The translations under genes and the position numbers were made by a program. Source: Candidatus Saccharimonadales bacterium (GTDB lineage Bacteria > Patescibacteriota > Saccharimonadia > Saccharimonadales > JANWIN01). Taken from it: a DNA stretch of 64,000 nucleotides. Below, piece after piece: positions 20,465 through 30,735 of the stretch (position 1 is the stretch's first letter; every line of letters begins with the position of its first letter). The notes beneath the pieces were generated by a model, which ran no database searches, was not told the origin of the DNA, and was given only the letters and a program-made list of their open reading frames with translations. The stretch covers positions 68,305-132,304 of the forward strand of contig JBBRLY010000013.1 in the NCBI GenBank assembly GCA_038231155.1. The letters are read 5' to 3'.

Positions 20465-20997
20465 GAATTATAAGCGGTAAGCTAAAGAGCCGTTTATTTG
20501 ACGCACCTAAGAGTTATAGTACTCATCCAATGGGTGATCGAGTTCGCGGTGGTTTATATAGTGTCTTAGGAGATATTGAGGGCTTAACCGTGTTAGACGC
20601 GTTTGCTGGAAGTGGCGCACTAAGTCTTGAAGCTATTAGCCGTGGAGCTACAAAAGCAGTAGCAATTGAGATTGACAAAAAAGCTTACCTAACATTATCC
20701 AAAAATATTCAAAATCTTGGTTTAGTTGACTTTATCGAAGCGATTCGAGCTAACATAAACAGTTGGGCAAATAATAATCCCAATCAGCGATTTGACATTG
20801 TGCTCTGTGATCCACCATATACTAATCTTCAGATTAAACTTTTAGAGAATTTAGCCCGCCATGCGAACATAGGCGGAATAGTAGTTTACTCGTTACCACC
20901 AGATACAAGTGTGCTTTTACCAGGAACTGAATATCGACATTTGACTACGAAATCTTATGGTGACGCACAACTGGTCTTTTACCGCAAAACCGCGTAA
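20461..20997 (+). CDS. rsmD: 16S rRNA (guanine966-N2)-methyltransferase RsmD
   Basis: LDAFAGSGALSLEAISRGA and DPPY motifs. ATGA overlap with the upstream ORF. Confidence 0.8.
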   Translation: MRIISGKLKSRLFDAPKSYSTHPMGDRVRGGLYSVLGDIEGLTVLDAFAGSGALSLEAISRGATKAVAIEIDKKAYLTLSKNIQNLGLVDFIEAIRANINSWANNNPNQRFDIVLCDPPYTNLQIKLLENLARHANIGGIVVYSLPPDTSVLLPGTEYRHLTTKSYGDAQLVFYRKTA

Positions 20998-21011
20998 AAT
21001 TACGAACGTTT

Positions 21012-21096
21012 GGGCGGGTGGCGAAATTGGTAGACGCACTAGCCTTAGGAGCTAGCGGAGCAATCCATGGAGGTTCAAGTCCTCTCCCGCCCACCA
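21012..21096 (+). tRNA. tRNA-Leu (anticodon TAG), CCA encoded
   Basis: Acceptor GGGCGGG/CCCGCCC, anticodon loop CTTAGGA, long variable arm, T-loop GGTTCAAGTCC, 3' ACCA. Confidence 0.85.
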
Positions 21097-21112
21097 TTTT
21101 GAATTATTAAGT

Positions 21113-21568
21113 TTACGGTTTTGGTGCCGCTTCTAGATTTTGAGAACGATGTAATTTAGGCGTAACTGAAGATAAATGAGCGCCATCGCTGGCAGCTATA
21201 ATTGACTCTATTACAGCGCAGGCCTCAGAAGGTATTTTAATTTGAGCATGTGAACTTTGATCAGTTAGACAGATTTGATCCAATGTTTTAATAGCTTCAT
21301 ACGTAAATGCATTTCCGCCTCGTGCTCCCGCCGCTGCGGCTCCATCTTTCATTTCTGCCCTCCAATCATGAAATTTATGATCTCCTACTATTACGCCCGC
21401 AGTTAGGACTACTGTAGTAGTAGCAATCACTTTCGATGATAATAGATGTTTATTAGTAAACTTGGCTGTACCTAATAACCCTCTTCCGAGTTTCCTAAAC
21501 CATCTATAATTTTTTTTAGATTCATCTAATACACCCTGGTCTTCTTCGATACCTAGAATTACATCCAT
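21113..21568 (-). CDS. hypothetical single-pass membrane protein
   Basis: ORF with one hydrophobic segment (VIATTTVVLTAGVIV). No recognisable family. Confidence 0.45.
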   Translation of the reverse strand: MDVILGIEEDQGVLDESKKNYRWFRKLGRGLLGTAKFTNKHLLSSKVIATTTVVLTAGVIVGDHKFHDWRAEMKDGAAAAGARGGNAFTYEAIKTLDQICLTDQSSHAQIKIPSEACAVIESIIAASDGAHLSSVTPKLHRSQNLEAAPKP

Positions 21569-21631
21569 CTAACCACAATAGTACTTCGAACTGTTGTTGC
21601 ACAAGCTCTTTTTAAAAACTACTTTGCATAT

Positions 21632-22390
21632 TCAAGCTAATTTTTTAAGTTCGAGGTAACGAAGAGCTGGAGCAACTGAATATAACGCTCCTAATACAAA
21701 TGATAAAATTGGCCCGATTACCGGAACTATTCCGGTGAAACCTAACAGAACCATAACTCCAAGCACTGAAAATATGGCACCGGCATGATTTTTACTTATA
21801 TTGGCGCTGTATTCCATAGCAGTTAAAATCGGTAAATCTTTATCAATCATGGCATATGGCGCTAAAAAGTAGTGACTAAGTACAAACAAAATAGCTGCTA
21901 CTATCAGCCCACCACCAATTACTACTCCAAAAAGATTTCGGAAAACTACTAGAATTATTATTCCTATTAGTGATGTTCCAACAATGTACATACCGATAAC
22001 TAAGATTAGTCCTAGTAACCGAAGCCAATACTTTTTACCAATAGTCCACAAATGACCTAAGCTGGGTTTGTGATCTTTAGCCGCTTCTAGTTCAAGCCCT
22101 GTTAGCATAGCCTGAATAATTAATGCTAAAATGGCAATTAACAAAAAGACAATAAGTCCAAACCCCATTACTCCAATAATTGAGTAAGCCGGTGTAGTAC
22201 CATTAAAAAAATCACCATGTTTCCAGGTTGAGCCAGAATGTGCACTATTTCGACCGGTTGAAATTAAAGCTCCAAGTAAAGGTAAGGCCAAAAGCACTAA
22301 AAAGTTATTTAGATTACGCATTACCGCTTCATAGCTCTTGGAAAATAGATCGAAAGCGCTACTTACAGGTGTAATTCTTGCGTTGGACAT
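21632..22390 (-). CDS. hypothetical polytopic membrane protein
   Basis: About 6 hydrophobic segments. No family recognised. Confidence 0.55.
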   Translation of the reverse strand: MSNARITPVSSAFDLFSKSYEAVMRNLNNFLVLLALPLLGALISTGRNSAHSGSTWKHGDFFNGTTPAYSIIGVMGFGLIVFLLIAILALIIQAMLTGLELEAAKDHKPSLGHLWTIGKKYWLRLLGLILVIGMYIVGTSLIGIIILVVFRNLFGVVIGGGLIVAAILFVLSHYFLAPYAMIDKDLPILTAMEYSANISKNHAGAIFSVLGVMVLLGFTGIVPVIGPILSFVLGALYSVAPALRYLELKKLA

Positions 22391-22493
22391 AATTATTACC
22401 TTCTATTATTATCTGATAGCTAATAATAATCAATAAGCGGTCTTCGTCCAGGTTAGCTAATCAAACAGCTGTTGTTTATAATAGTCTTTAATT

Positions 22494-23798
22494 ATGCCGC
22501 TTTCGACTCAACCTTATAAAGGTGCCCGCGATTTTTATCCCCCAGATAAAAGACTACAAAAATACTTGTTTAAAACTATGCGTAAAGTAGTTGAGAGATT
22601 TGGTTATGAAGAATACGATGCACCAATACTAGAATCGTTGGAACTGTATTTAGCTAAAACCGGTGACGAAATAATTAATGAACAAACATATACTTTTACA
22701 GATAGGGGTGGTCGTCAGATTGCCATACGTCCAGAAATGACACCCTCAGTAAGTCGCATGGTGGCCGCTCAAAGACAGCAACTTACATACCCATTGCGGT
22801 GGTATAGCATACCTAACTTATGGCGCTATGAACGGCCCCAGCGAGGCAGATTACGTGAACATTGGCAGCTTAACGTTGATTTGTTTGGCATAGAAGAATT
22901 AACTGCTGAACACGAGATTATACAATTAGCTGACACTATTTTGCAGGAATTTAAGGCCAAGCGTAGCCAATACACAATTAAAATTAATAGCCGCAAGTTA
23001 ACCAATAGTTTTATGACAGACTACCTCAATCTTAGTACTGTTCAATCACAGACGCTTGGCAAATTAATTGATCGAATGCATAAAATGACTATGGCTGAAT
23101 TTAGTGCTGACGCTGAGGCAATTTTAAGCCCCAGCCAAAGAGACAAAGGTATAACTAGCAAACTTTTGGATAGCTTAACAGTCAAGGATCTCAATGAACT
23201 ACCTGATGAAATATACCGCAACAATTCTGTATCTGAACTCAAACGTTTAATAAATTTATTGCATGGATCAGATATTAAAAATATTGAGTTTGATTTTACG
23301 CTAATGCGCGGCTTTGATTATTACACTGATATTGTTTTTGAAATCTTTGATGCCGATCCAGAAAATAATCGCTCAATGTTTGGCGGTGGTCGCTTTGACG
23401 GATTGGTAGGCTTATTTGGCGTAGAGCCAGTTCCTACTATTGGATTTGGTATGGGCGATGTAACTTTATTTAATTTCTTAGAGTCACATAACTTATTGCC
23501 AAAACCCAAATCTGAAACTGAAGCTTACGTAGTGCTTGTTGGTGACGTTTATGAGCAAGCTCAAAAAACTATCAACTTACTTAGAGGCATGGATTTAAAT
23601 ATAGCCGTCGATTTATCTGGTCGAAAGCCAGCATCGCAAATAAAAAATGCTGTTAAAAAGGAAATTGCTTATGCTATATTTATAGGTGAAAAAGACTTAG
23701 CTGAAGGACAGTTTAATCTAAAAAATCTAGCAACTGGAAATGAAGAACGACACAGTTTAGAAAGAATCGTAAGCATGATAAAAGATCACCGGAAATGA
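22494..23798 (+). CDS. hisS: histidyl-tRNA synthetase
   Basis: Class II motifs (…LRPEMTPSV…, RWYSIPNLWRYERPQRGRLREHWQ, GGGRFDGL). Confidence 0.9.
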   Translation: MPLSTQPYKGARDFYPPDKRLQKYLFKTMRKVVERFGYEEYDAPILESLELYLAKTGDEIINEQTYTFTDRGGRQIAIRPEMTPSVSRMVAAQRQQLTYPLRWYSIPNLWRYERPQRGRLREHWQLNVDLFGIEELTAEHEIIQLADTILQEFKAKRSQYTIKINSRKLTNSFMTDYLNLSTVQSQTLGKLIDRMHKMTMAEFSADAEAILSPSQRDKGITSKLLDSLTVKDLNELPDEIYRNNSVSELKRLINLLHGSDIKNIEFDFTLMRGFDYYTDIVFEIFDADPENNRSMFGGGRFDGLVGLFGVEPVPTIGFGMGDVTLFNFLESHNLLPKPKSETEAYVVLVGDVYEQAQKTINLLRGMDLNIAVDLSGRKPASQIKNAVKKEIAYAIFIGEKDLAEGQFNLKNLATGNEERHSLERIVSMIKDHRK

Positions 23799-24244
23799 CT
23801 GCCACAAATCACGTATTAACAGGCGTATTAATTGCCTCAGTGGTGCACAGTCCCGAAATTGCACTACCGGTTGCCTTTTTGTCGCATTTTGTACTCGATT
23901 CACTGCCGCATTACGGAGATAAGTCAGTCGTAATAGGCAGTACAAAATTTAATATAATTCTAGCGGTTGATATTTATATTGCCTTAATGTGTTTAGCGGC
24001 AGTTTATTTATTACACCCGGCACATACCCAAGTTCTCATATTAGGTGGCATCTTAGCGGCCAGCCCCGATCTGATGTGGATACCAGATTTTATAAACGGC
24101 TTACTCAAGCGCCCGGCTCCGACATATGGCCCTATTAGGCGTTTCCATTCGCGCATACAGAAATATGCAAGGCCAAACGGTATGCGCATCGAAGCAGCCT
24201 ATTTTGGGTTAATGATAATAGGTGCCATTTTCCTTTCATTCTAA
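23795..24244 (+). CDS. small membrane protein, possibly YdjM/DUF457-like metal-dependent hydrolase
   Basis: NHVLTGVLIA...SHFVLDSLPH pattern and 3-4 TM segments. ATGA overlap with hisS. Confidence 0.45.
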   Translation: MTATNHVLTGVLIASVVHSPEIALPVAFLSHFVLDSLPHYGDKSVVIGSTKFNIILAVDIYIALMCLAAVYLLHPAHTQVLILGGILAASPDLMWIPDFINGLLKRPAPTYGPIRRFHSRIQKYARPNGMRIEAAYFGLMIIGAIFLSF

Positions 24245-24283
24245 GCTAGTAAAGCTTAAGTACATCTGTTATAGTAGGCGTTC

Positions 24284-25567
24284 ATGCAAGTAAAATCAGT
24301 AAAATTAAACGGCACCAAATATAAGCTGAGTGTTACAGCTGATCAAAAATTTATAGATGATGTAAAAAATCAGACTTTGCGTCATTTTGGCTCAAGACAT
24401 ACTAATGTCCCAGGTTTTAGAGCCGGCAAGGCTCCGCTAGCCTTAATTGAAAAACAAGTTGATCCAACTCAACTTCAACAAGAATTTTTAGAAGAGGCAA
24501 TAAACAGATTGTATTTTAAGGCCGTTCAAACCGAAAACCTTAGACCAATAGCTCAACCACAGGTAACACTTAAAAAGTTTGTGCCTTTTAGTCAGTTAGA
24601 GTTTGATGCTGAGATTGAAGCAATTGGCGAAGTGAAGATAGCGAATTATAAGTCAATTAAGTTACCAAAAACTAAAGTCACTATTGAAGCCAATGATATA
24701 AATGGGGTAATCGAGAATCTCCGATTGCGATTATCTGAGCGTGTTTTGGTTGATAGGCCGTCGAAAAACGGTGATGAAGTAGATATTAATTTTAAAGGCA
24801 CGGGTAGCAATAACCAGCCAATCAGTGGTGCTGATGGTACAAACTATCCTATAGTTCTAGGTAGTAATAGTTTTATACCAGGATTTGAGCCCAGTCTTGT
24901 TGGATTAAAAACAGAAGATGAAAAGACTTTCGATTTGATCTTCCCTAAGGACTATGAAGTGAAAAACTTGCAATCGAAGAAAGTAACTTTTTGGGTCAAA
25001 ATCAACAAAGTAAATGAGCTAAATACTCCTGCAGTTGATGACAAATTTGCAGCTAAAGCTGGACCTTTCAAAACCGTAGCCGAACTTAAAGCCGATATCA
25101 AAAAACAACTTTTAAATGAACGACAGCAAGAACAAGATCGAGCCTACGAAAATCAGTTAATCGGAGCGATTGCTGAAAAATCTAGCGTTAAGGTACCGGA
25201 TATATTAATTGACGATCAGGTTGAACGAGCTGAGCAACAGGAACGTCAGAACTTGGCCTATCGCGGTCAAACTTGGGAAGAACATTTATCTGCAGAAGGA
25301 TTAACAGAGGAAGAACATCGAAAACGCAATCGCCCAGATGCCGAGAAAAGCGTGAAAGCCGGATTAGTACTTAGTGAAATTGCTCAGCAAGAAGGAATTA
25401 CTGTTACTCCGGAAGAACTTGAAATTAGAAAACAGCTTTTAAAAGGTCAATATAAAGATCCGCAGATGCAAGGTGAGCTCGATAAACCGGAAAATATGCG
25501 CGACTTAGAAAATCAATTAATAACAGAAAAAACTATAGCCAAAATAGTTCAATACACTGCCAAGTAA
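24284..25567 (+). CDS. tig: trigger factor
   Basis: N-terminal ribosome-binding region (VPGFRAGKAP), central FKBP-like region, C-terminal arm. Conserved position upstream of clpP. Confidence 0.85.
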   Translation: MQVKSVKLNGTKYKLSVTADQKFIDDVKNQTLRHFGSRHTNVPGFRAGKAPLALIEKQVDPTQLQQEFLEEAINRLYFKAVQTENLRPIAQPQVTLKKFVPFSQLEFDAEIEAIGEVKIANYKSIKLPKTKVTIEANDINGVIENLRLRLSERVLVDRPSKNGDEVDINFKGTGSNNQPISGADGTNYPIVLGSNSFIPGFEPSLVGLKTEDEKTFDLIFPKDYEVKNLQSKKVTFWVKINKVNELNTPAVDDKFAAKAGPFKTVAELKADIKKQLLNERQQEQDRAYENQLIGAIAEKSSVKVPDILIDDQVERAEQQERQNLAYRGQTWEEHLSAEGLTEEEHRKRNRPDAEKSVKAGLVLSEIAQQEGITVTPEELEIRKQLLKGQYKDPQMQGELDKPENMRDLENQLITEKTIAKIVQYTAK

Positions 25568-25596
25568 ATTGTATAAAATAGCCCTACTTTAATAAA

Positions 25597-25623
25597 TTAG
25601 CACTCAGGGTTGACGAGTGCTAA
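25597..25623 (+). promoter_or_regulatory. perfect CIRCE inverted repeat (HrcA operator) overlapping the clpP promoter
   Basis: TTAGCACTC-agggttgac-GAGTGCTAA with no mismatch to consensus. -35 TTGACG at 25610-25615, -10 TATACT at 25633-25638, ATG at 25646. Confidence 0.75.
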
Positions 25624-25645
25624 TTTGATTTGTATACTTAAGCTT

Positions 25646-26260
25646 ATGAATAAATTGACTTCACAGGTACTAATACCGACAGTAATAGAAAATGAAGGGC
25701 GCATTGAACGGGCCTATGATATTTATAGCCGGTTATTAAAAGACCGAATTATATTTATTGGTGATGAAGTCAATCATCACACCGCAAATTTAATCGTTGC
25801 CCAGCTGCTTTTTTTAGATAATGATGACTCTAACAAAGATATATATCTGTATATTAACAGCCCGGGGGGTAGCGCCTATGACGCTTTGGCAATTTATGAC
25901 TCTATCCAATACATTAAGTGCGATGTCCAAACAGTTGGTATCGGAATTCAAGCCAGTGCCGCCGCTTTTCTACTTAGTAGCGGAACAAAAGGTAAGCGCT
26001 TAATGCTGCCAAATTCTACTGTAATGATCCACCAACCCAGTAGCGGAACAAAAGGTAAAGTTACAGATATGGAAATTGATCTAAAAGAAAGCTTACGTAT
26101 AAAACAACGCTTAAATGAAATTATGGCCAAAAACACTGGCCAGAGTATTACTAAGATAAAGCAAGATATGGAGCGCGACTTTTGGCTGACCTCCGATGAG
26201 TCTAGGTCCTATGGTTTAGTCGACAAAGTTATTACAACTCAAAAATTGACTAAAAAATAG
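25646..26260 (+). CDS. clpP: ATP-dependent Clp protease proteolytic subunit ClpP
   Basis: [11 protein letters not shown]...INSPGGS...ASAAAFLL...MIHQP (Ser-His-Asp triad context). Start placed at ATG 25646, because the TTG at 25610 lies inside the operator/-35. Confidence 0.9.
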   Translation: MNKLTSQVLIPTVIENEGRIERAYDIYSRLLKDRIIFIGDEVNHHTANLIVAQLLFLDNDDSNKDIYLYINSPGGSAYDALAIYDSIQYIKCDVQTVGIGIQASAAAFLLSSGTKGKRLMLPNSTVMIHQPSSGTKGKVTDMEIDLKESLRIKQRLNEIMAKNTGQSITKIKQDMERDFWLTSDESRSYGLVDKVITTQKLTKK

Positions 26261-26281
26261 TAAAAGTATATAAACAATTAC

Positions 26282-26962
26282 ATGCTATTTGACGCTTCCG
26301 GTCGTGAGGTAATTATTAAACGATTATCAGCACCAGACATAGATGTACGGTTAGCTGCCGGGTTGCAAAGAGTTGGTAGGGTTGCTTGGGACACAGCGCT
26401 TCCTAATCGAGGTATGCATCAAATTGAACGGATATTTAATCCCAATAATAGGCAAATTATAGATGAATCTAAAGCAAGATATCAGTCTTTTGCAAGGCAT
26501 GGAGCGCTAATAGTAGCTTATGCAAATGGTAAAGGAGGGTATACACCTATTGGTTTTGCTATGTCCCGAAACGACGTGACCGGAAACGTGGTTTCTAAAA
26601 ATCTTAAAAGAATCGCAACTACGGTAGGTGTATCAAATAGAGTTTATGCTTGGAATGCTCAGACTAATGTTGTGCCCTATTATCAAAATCAAGGGGTAGG
26701 CTTAGAGTTATTAAAACAAAGTATGGAAATTTTTAAATCTGACCAAATTCCGGCGGTTTATATTTTTGATGAAAATAAACTTGCTACAAGCTGGTATATG
26801 CACAGAGGTTATAAATTAGATCCCGAGGATCAGACATCATCTGAATTAGCAGCCTATCGTTATTTTGGTGATGATAATCCGCGCGTCGATCAATATCGCT
26901 ACACTGCTGAGTCAGCAGAAGAAGTAATTTATGGAATTAATAGCTCTAGTCGAGGCAATTAA
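26282..26962 (+). CDS. putative GNAT-family N-acetyltransferase
   Basis: YQNQGVGLELLKQ resembles GNAT motif A (Q/RxxGxG/A). Otherwise divergent. Promoter TTGACT(26246)-N17-TATAAA(26269)-N7-ATG. Confidence 0.5.
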   Translation: MLFDASGREVIIKRLSAPDIDVRLAAGLQRVGRVAWDTALPNRGMHQIERIFNPNNRQIIDESKARYQSFARHGALIVAYANGKGGYTPIGFAMSRNDVTGNVVSKNLKRIATTVGVSNRVYAWNAQTNVVPYYQNQGVGLELLKQSMEIFKSDQIPAVYIFDENKLATSWYMHRGYKLDPEDQTSSELAAYRYFGDDNPRVDQYRYTAESAEEVIYGINSSSRGN

Positions 26963-26967
26963 AGTTC

Positions 26968-26996
26968 TTGACTACTATAAATATTGCCTATATAAT
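26968..26996 (+). promoter_or_regulatory. consensus-like promoter for the rpoB block (TTGACT-N17-TATAAT)
   Basis: TTGACT at 26968-26973 and TATAAT at 26991-26996. This leaves a ~140-nt untranslated leader before ATG 27145. Confidence 0.6.
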
Positions 26997-27144
26997 TGTA
27001 CCTGAAGTAGTATAAAGGGCAGTGCTTGTATTTATCAAAAATTGAACCACAGTCGCCCCTTAGTGATCTTCTAGTACGCATACACCAACAGATGAAATAA
27101 ACATATCTATTATATTAGCTACTAAGTGGGAGTACTAGCTTTTT

Positions 27145-30100
27145 ATGGCCAATAACACAATTAAAGCAGCGAATACTAAAAACCGGATTTATTTCAGTAA
27201 AAGAGACGATATTATTGATTTGCCAAATTTGGTTGATCATCAAAACAAGTCCTTTCAATGGTTTGTGGACCTGGGACTTGGTGAACTCTTAGAAGAAATT
27301 AGTCCAATAGACGACTACACCGGTACCAAATTATCTCTTACATTCAAGGGCTATCGTTTTGAGCAGCCCAAAATGACCGAACAAGAAGCTCGTGAAAATA
27401 ATGTTAGTTATGAAGCACCGCTTAAAGCTACTGTGGTACTAACCAATAAAGTGACCGGCGAAGTTAAGGAACAGGAAATCTATTTAGGTGATTATCCATG
27501 GATGACAACTAGGGGTACTTTCGTTATAAATGGTGCCGAAAGAGTAGTTGTCAGCCAATTGATTCGTTCGGCAGGGGTGTTTTTTACAGCCGATGCCCAT
27601 GGCTCAAACAATTTATATGGTGCCAAAGTTATACCGGGACGCGGTGCATGGTTAGAGTTTGAAACTTCAAGTTCAGGGGCAATTTATGTCAAAATTGATC
27701 GCAAACGAAAAATACCGGTAACCACGCTACTTAAAGCTCTAGGAGTTAGTGACATACAACTCAAGGAACACTTTCAACATGTTGATACTGGTGAGTTAAA
27801 TTACTTAGCTGTAACTTTGGAAAAAGATCCAGCTCACGGTCAAAGTGATGCTCTTATTGAAGTATACCGTCGATTAAGACCGGGCGATTTAGCAACTGTA
27901 GATAATGCTCGTAGCTTGTTAGAGAATATGTTTTATAATTTTAAGCGTTTTGACTTTTCACGGGTTGGTCGTTACAAGATTAATAAACGATTAGATTTAG
28001 GAATCCCTAATACCGCTGAAAATCGGATTATGCGCTTAGAGGATATTCTTGCCATTGTCTCTGAAATTATCCGACTCAATAACACTCAAGAACCAGCTGA
28101 CGACATAGATTCCTTAGCCAACCGTCGGGTTAAATTAGTTGGCGAGTTGGTACAGCGACAGTTCCGCATAGGTTTACTTCGAATGGAGCGCAATACTAAA
28201 GACCGCATGAGTATGAGTGAAATTGAAACAGTAACTCCTTCTCAACTAATTAATGCTCGCCCAATAGTAGCCGCGGTTCGTGAATTTTTTGCTAGTTCTC
28301 AATTATCACAGTTTATGGATCAAATAAATCCTTTGAGTGAACTGGCGCATAAACGTCGATTAAGTTCAATGGGTCCTGGTGGTTTATCTAGAGAACGGGC
28401 AGGATTTGAGGTGCGTGATGCTCATGCAACTCACTATGGCCGTATTTGTGCTGTAGAAACTCCTGAGGGTGCCAACATTGGTCTTGTCTTAAATATGGCC
28501 AGTTATGCTCGAATTAATGACTATGGTTTTATTGAAACACCATACCGAAAAGTTATAAATGCTGTAACAGCTAAAGAGGCAGCTGGTCATATTGCTGCCG
28601 TTAATCTAGAAAATGATAAAGCTAAAATTATTGTTAAAGTGGGAACTAAAATTACGGCTGCCGCTGCCAAACAACTAGCAACTGTTAAAAATATCAAAAC
28701 TTGGCCAGTTGAGGCTAAAGTCACAGACAAGATTATTTATATGGATGCCTCAGAAGAAGAGCAGGCCGTTATTGCTAGTGCTAACGAAGAATTTGATGAT
28801 CACGGTTATTTTGTAAATGACCGTGTTAGCGCCCGTAATCGTTTAATATCCGGTGAAGTTGACTCTCACGAAATCACGCATATGGATGCATCCCGCCGAC
28901 AAATTATTGGCAGTAGTGCCGCGCTAATTCCCTTCATTGAAAAGAATTATGTTTACCGGTCGCTAATGGGAAGTAACCAGCAGCGCCAAGCTGTGCCGTT
29001 AATCGCTCCGTCTGCTCCAATAGTCGGCACTGGAATGGAAACGATTGCCGCCCAAAACAGTGGTCAGATTGTAACTGCACCAGATAACGGGGAAGTATTG
29101 GTTGCCAATGCCAATGAATTAAAAGTTAAGTATAAGAATGGTCACACCGAAACTTATCGTCCACAACACTTCGTTCGTAGTAACGAGGGTAGCTGTATTA
29201 ACAACAAAGTGGTAGTCAGTAGCGGTGACAAAGTTAAAAAGGGTGACGTCCTAATTGAGGGTATGAGCATTGAGAACGGAGAACTAGCTCTCGGCAAAGA
29301 CCTGTTAGTAGCTTTCATGCCTTGGTCTGGATATAACTTTGAAGACGCTATTATTATTTCTCGCAAATTAGTCGAAGATGACACTCTTACATCTATACAC
29401 ATTGTCGACTTCATGACTGAAGTACGCGAAACCAAGCTAGGACCAGAAATTGTAACACGAGACATACCTAATGTATCAGAAGAATCCTTACGTCATTTGG
29501 ACGAGGACGGTATCGTTCGGATTGGTGCCGACGTACACCCAGGTGATATTCTAGTTGGTAAAATTACGCCTAAAGGTGAACAAGAACTCAGTTCAGAAGA
29601 ACGTTTACTGCGAGCTATTTTTGGTGAAAAGGCTAAAGAAGTTCGCGATACTTCACAGCGCATGAGTAACGGCAAACATGGCAAAGTGGTTGGAGTCAAA
29701 GTATTCAGTCGTTCTAGTGGCCATGAGCTAAAAGCTGGCGTTATTATGCAAATCCAAATATTTGTGGCTCAAATGCGTAAAATTGCGGTTGGCGACAAAC
29801 TAGGCGGGCGACATGGTAATAAAGGAGTTATCGCCAGAATCTTACCAATTGAAGATATGCCATTTATGGCCGACGGTACTCCAATTGATATAATTTTAAA
29901 TCCATTAGGTGTGCCATCACGAATGAACGTTGGCCAGTTATTTGAAACACACCTTGGAATGGCAGCCCGAGCTTTAGGCATTAAAGTTGCCAGTCCACCA
30001 TTTAATGGCGTTATATCATCTAAAATTAAAAGTTTGCTTAAAGAAGCTGGTTTGCCTCAAGACGGTAAACAACAACTTTACGACGGCCGGACTGGTGAAG

Positions 30101-30735
30101 CTTTTAAAGAACACACAACTGTTGGTTCAATGTATATGATTAAACTAAATCATATGATTGCCGACAAGATCCATGCTCGGTCAACCGGACCTTACACCAT
30201 GGTTACCCAACAACCACTAGGCGGTAAAGCCCAAAATGGCGGCCAGCGATTTGGAGAAATGGAAGTATGGGCCCTGGAAGCTTATGGAGCTGCCTATACC
30301 TTACAGGAAATGTTAACAATTAAATCAGATGACGTTTATGGTCGTAGCAAGGCTTATGAGTCAATCATTAAAGGCACTGAAATTGTAGGTCCCAAAGTTC
30401 CGGAAAGCTTCAATGTGCTGGTCAAAGAGCTACAGGGCCTAGGTCTTAAAGTCGATTTAATGAGCTCCAATGAAGTCATTGACGCCGAGAATATCTTAGC
30501 TGCCAATATCAAAGATGAAGCAGCGCACCTTGCAGAAGTTGAAGTACCTAAAGCTGAGATATCTGATGTGGATGTTACTGAAGATGCTGTTAAGGACGAA
30601 TTTGCGGTAATCGATATAAATGATCAAATGCCAAGTGCCATAGATGATCCATTACTGGCATCTGACGACAATTCAAACGACGGTGACGCCGCTTTAGTGG
30701 CTACAGATAATGATGAAATTGAGGAGCAGAAATGA
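27145..30735 (+). CDS. rpoB: DNA-directed RNA polymerase beta subunit with ~90-aa acidic C-terminal tail
   Basis: Conserved beta blocks (…GPGGLSRERAGFEVRD…, …GRHGNKGV…, …RFGEMEVWALEAYGAA…). The tail is rich in D/E after ...GLKVDLMS. Confidence 0.95.
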   Translation: MANNTIKAANTKNRIYFSKRDDIIDLPNLVDHQNKSFQWFVDLGLGELLEEISPIDDYTGTKLSLTFKGYRFEQPKMTEQEARENNVSYEAPLKATVVLTNKVTGEVKEQEIYLGDYPWMTTRGTFVINGAERVVVSQLIRSAGVFFTADAHGSNNLYGAKVIPGRGAWLEFETSSSGAIYVKIDRKRKIPVTTLLKALGVSDIQLKEHFQHVDTGELNYLAVTLEKDPAHGQSDALIEVYRRLRPGDLATVDNARSLLENMFYNFKRFDFSRVGRYKINKRLDLGIPNTAENRIMRLEDILAIVSEIIRLNNTQEPADDIDSLANRRVKLVGELVQRQFRIGLLRMERNTKDRMSMSEIETVTPSQLINARPIVAAVREFFASSQLSQFMDQINPLSELAHKRRLSSMGPGGLSRERAGFEVRDAHATHYGRICAVETPEGANIGLVLNMASYARINDYGFIETPYRKVINAVTAKEAAGHIAAVNLENDKAKIIVKVGTKITAAAAKQLATVKNIKTWPVEAKVTDKIIYMDASEEEQAVIASANEEFDDHGYFVNDRVSARNRLISGEVDSHEITHMDASRRQIIGSSAALIPFIEKNYVYRSLMGSNQQRQAVPLIAPSAPIVGTGMETIAAQNSGQIVTAPDNGEVLVANANELKVKYKNGHTETYRPQHFVRSNEGSCINNKVVVSSGDKVKKGDVLIEGMSIENGELALGKDLLVAFMPWSGYNFEDAIIISRKLVEDDTLTSIHIVDFMTEVRETKLGPEIVTRDIPNVSEESLRHLDEDGIVRIGADVHPGDILVGKITPKGEQELSSEERLLRAIFGEKAKEVRDTSQRMSNGKHGKVVGVKVFSRSSGHELKAGVIMQIQIFVAQMRKIAVGDKLGGRHGNKGVIARILPIEDMPFMADGTPIDIILNPLGVPSRMNVGQLFETHLGMAARALGIKVASPPFNGVISSKIKSLLKEAGLPQDGKQQLYDGRTGEAFKEHTTVGSMYMIKLNHMIADKIHARSTGPYTMVTQQPLGGKAQNGGQRFGEMEVWALEAYGAAYTLQEMLTIKSDDVYGRSKAYESIIKGTEIVGPKVPESFNVLVKELQGLGLKVDLMSSNEVIDAENILAANIKDEAAHLAEVEVPKAEISDVDVTEDAVKDEFAVIDINDQMPSAIDDPLLASDDNSNDGDAALVATDNDEIEEQK

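Noticed and set aside
25610-25645. TTG-initiated N-terminal extension of clpP ([12 protein letters not shown]...).
   Set aside because: It would start inside the CIRCE operator/-35 box and upstream of the -10. ATG 25646 gives a normal ClpP N-terminus.
27003-27144. Possible regulatory structure in the ~140-nt rpoB leader (imperfect AGCTA...TAGCT pairing around 27117-27140 near the start codon).
   Set aside because: Only 5+2 interrupted base pairs. Without covariation data this is not distinguishable from chance.
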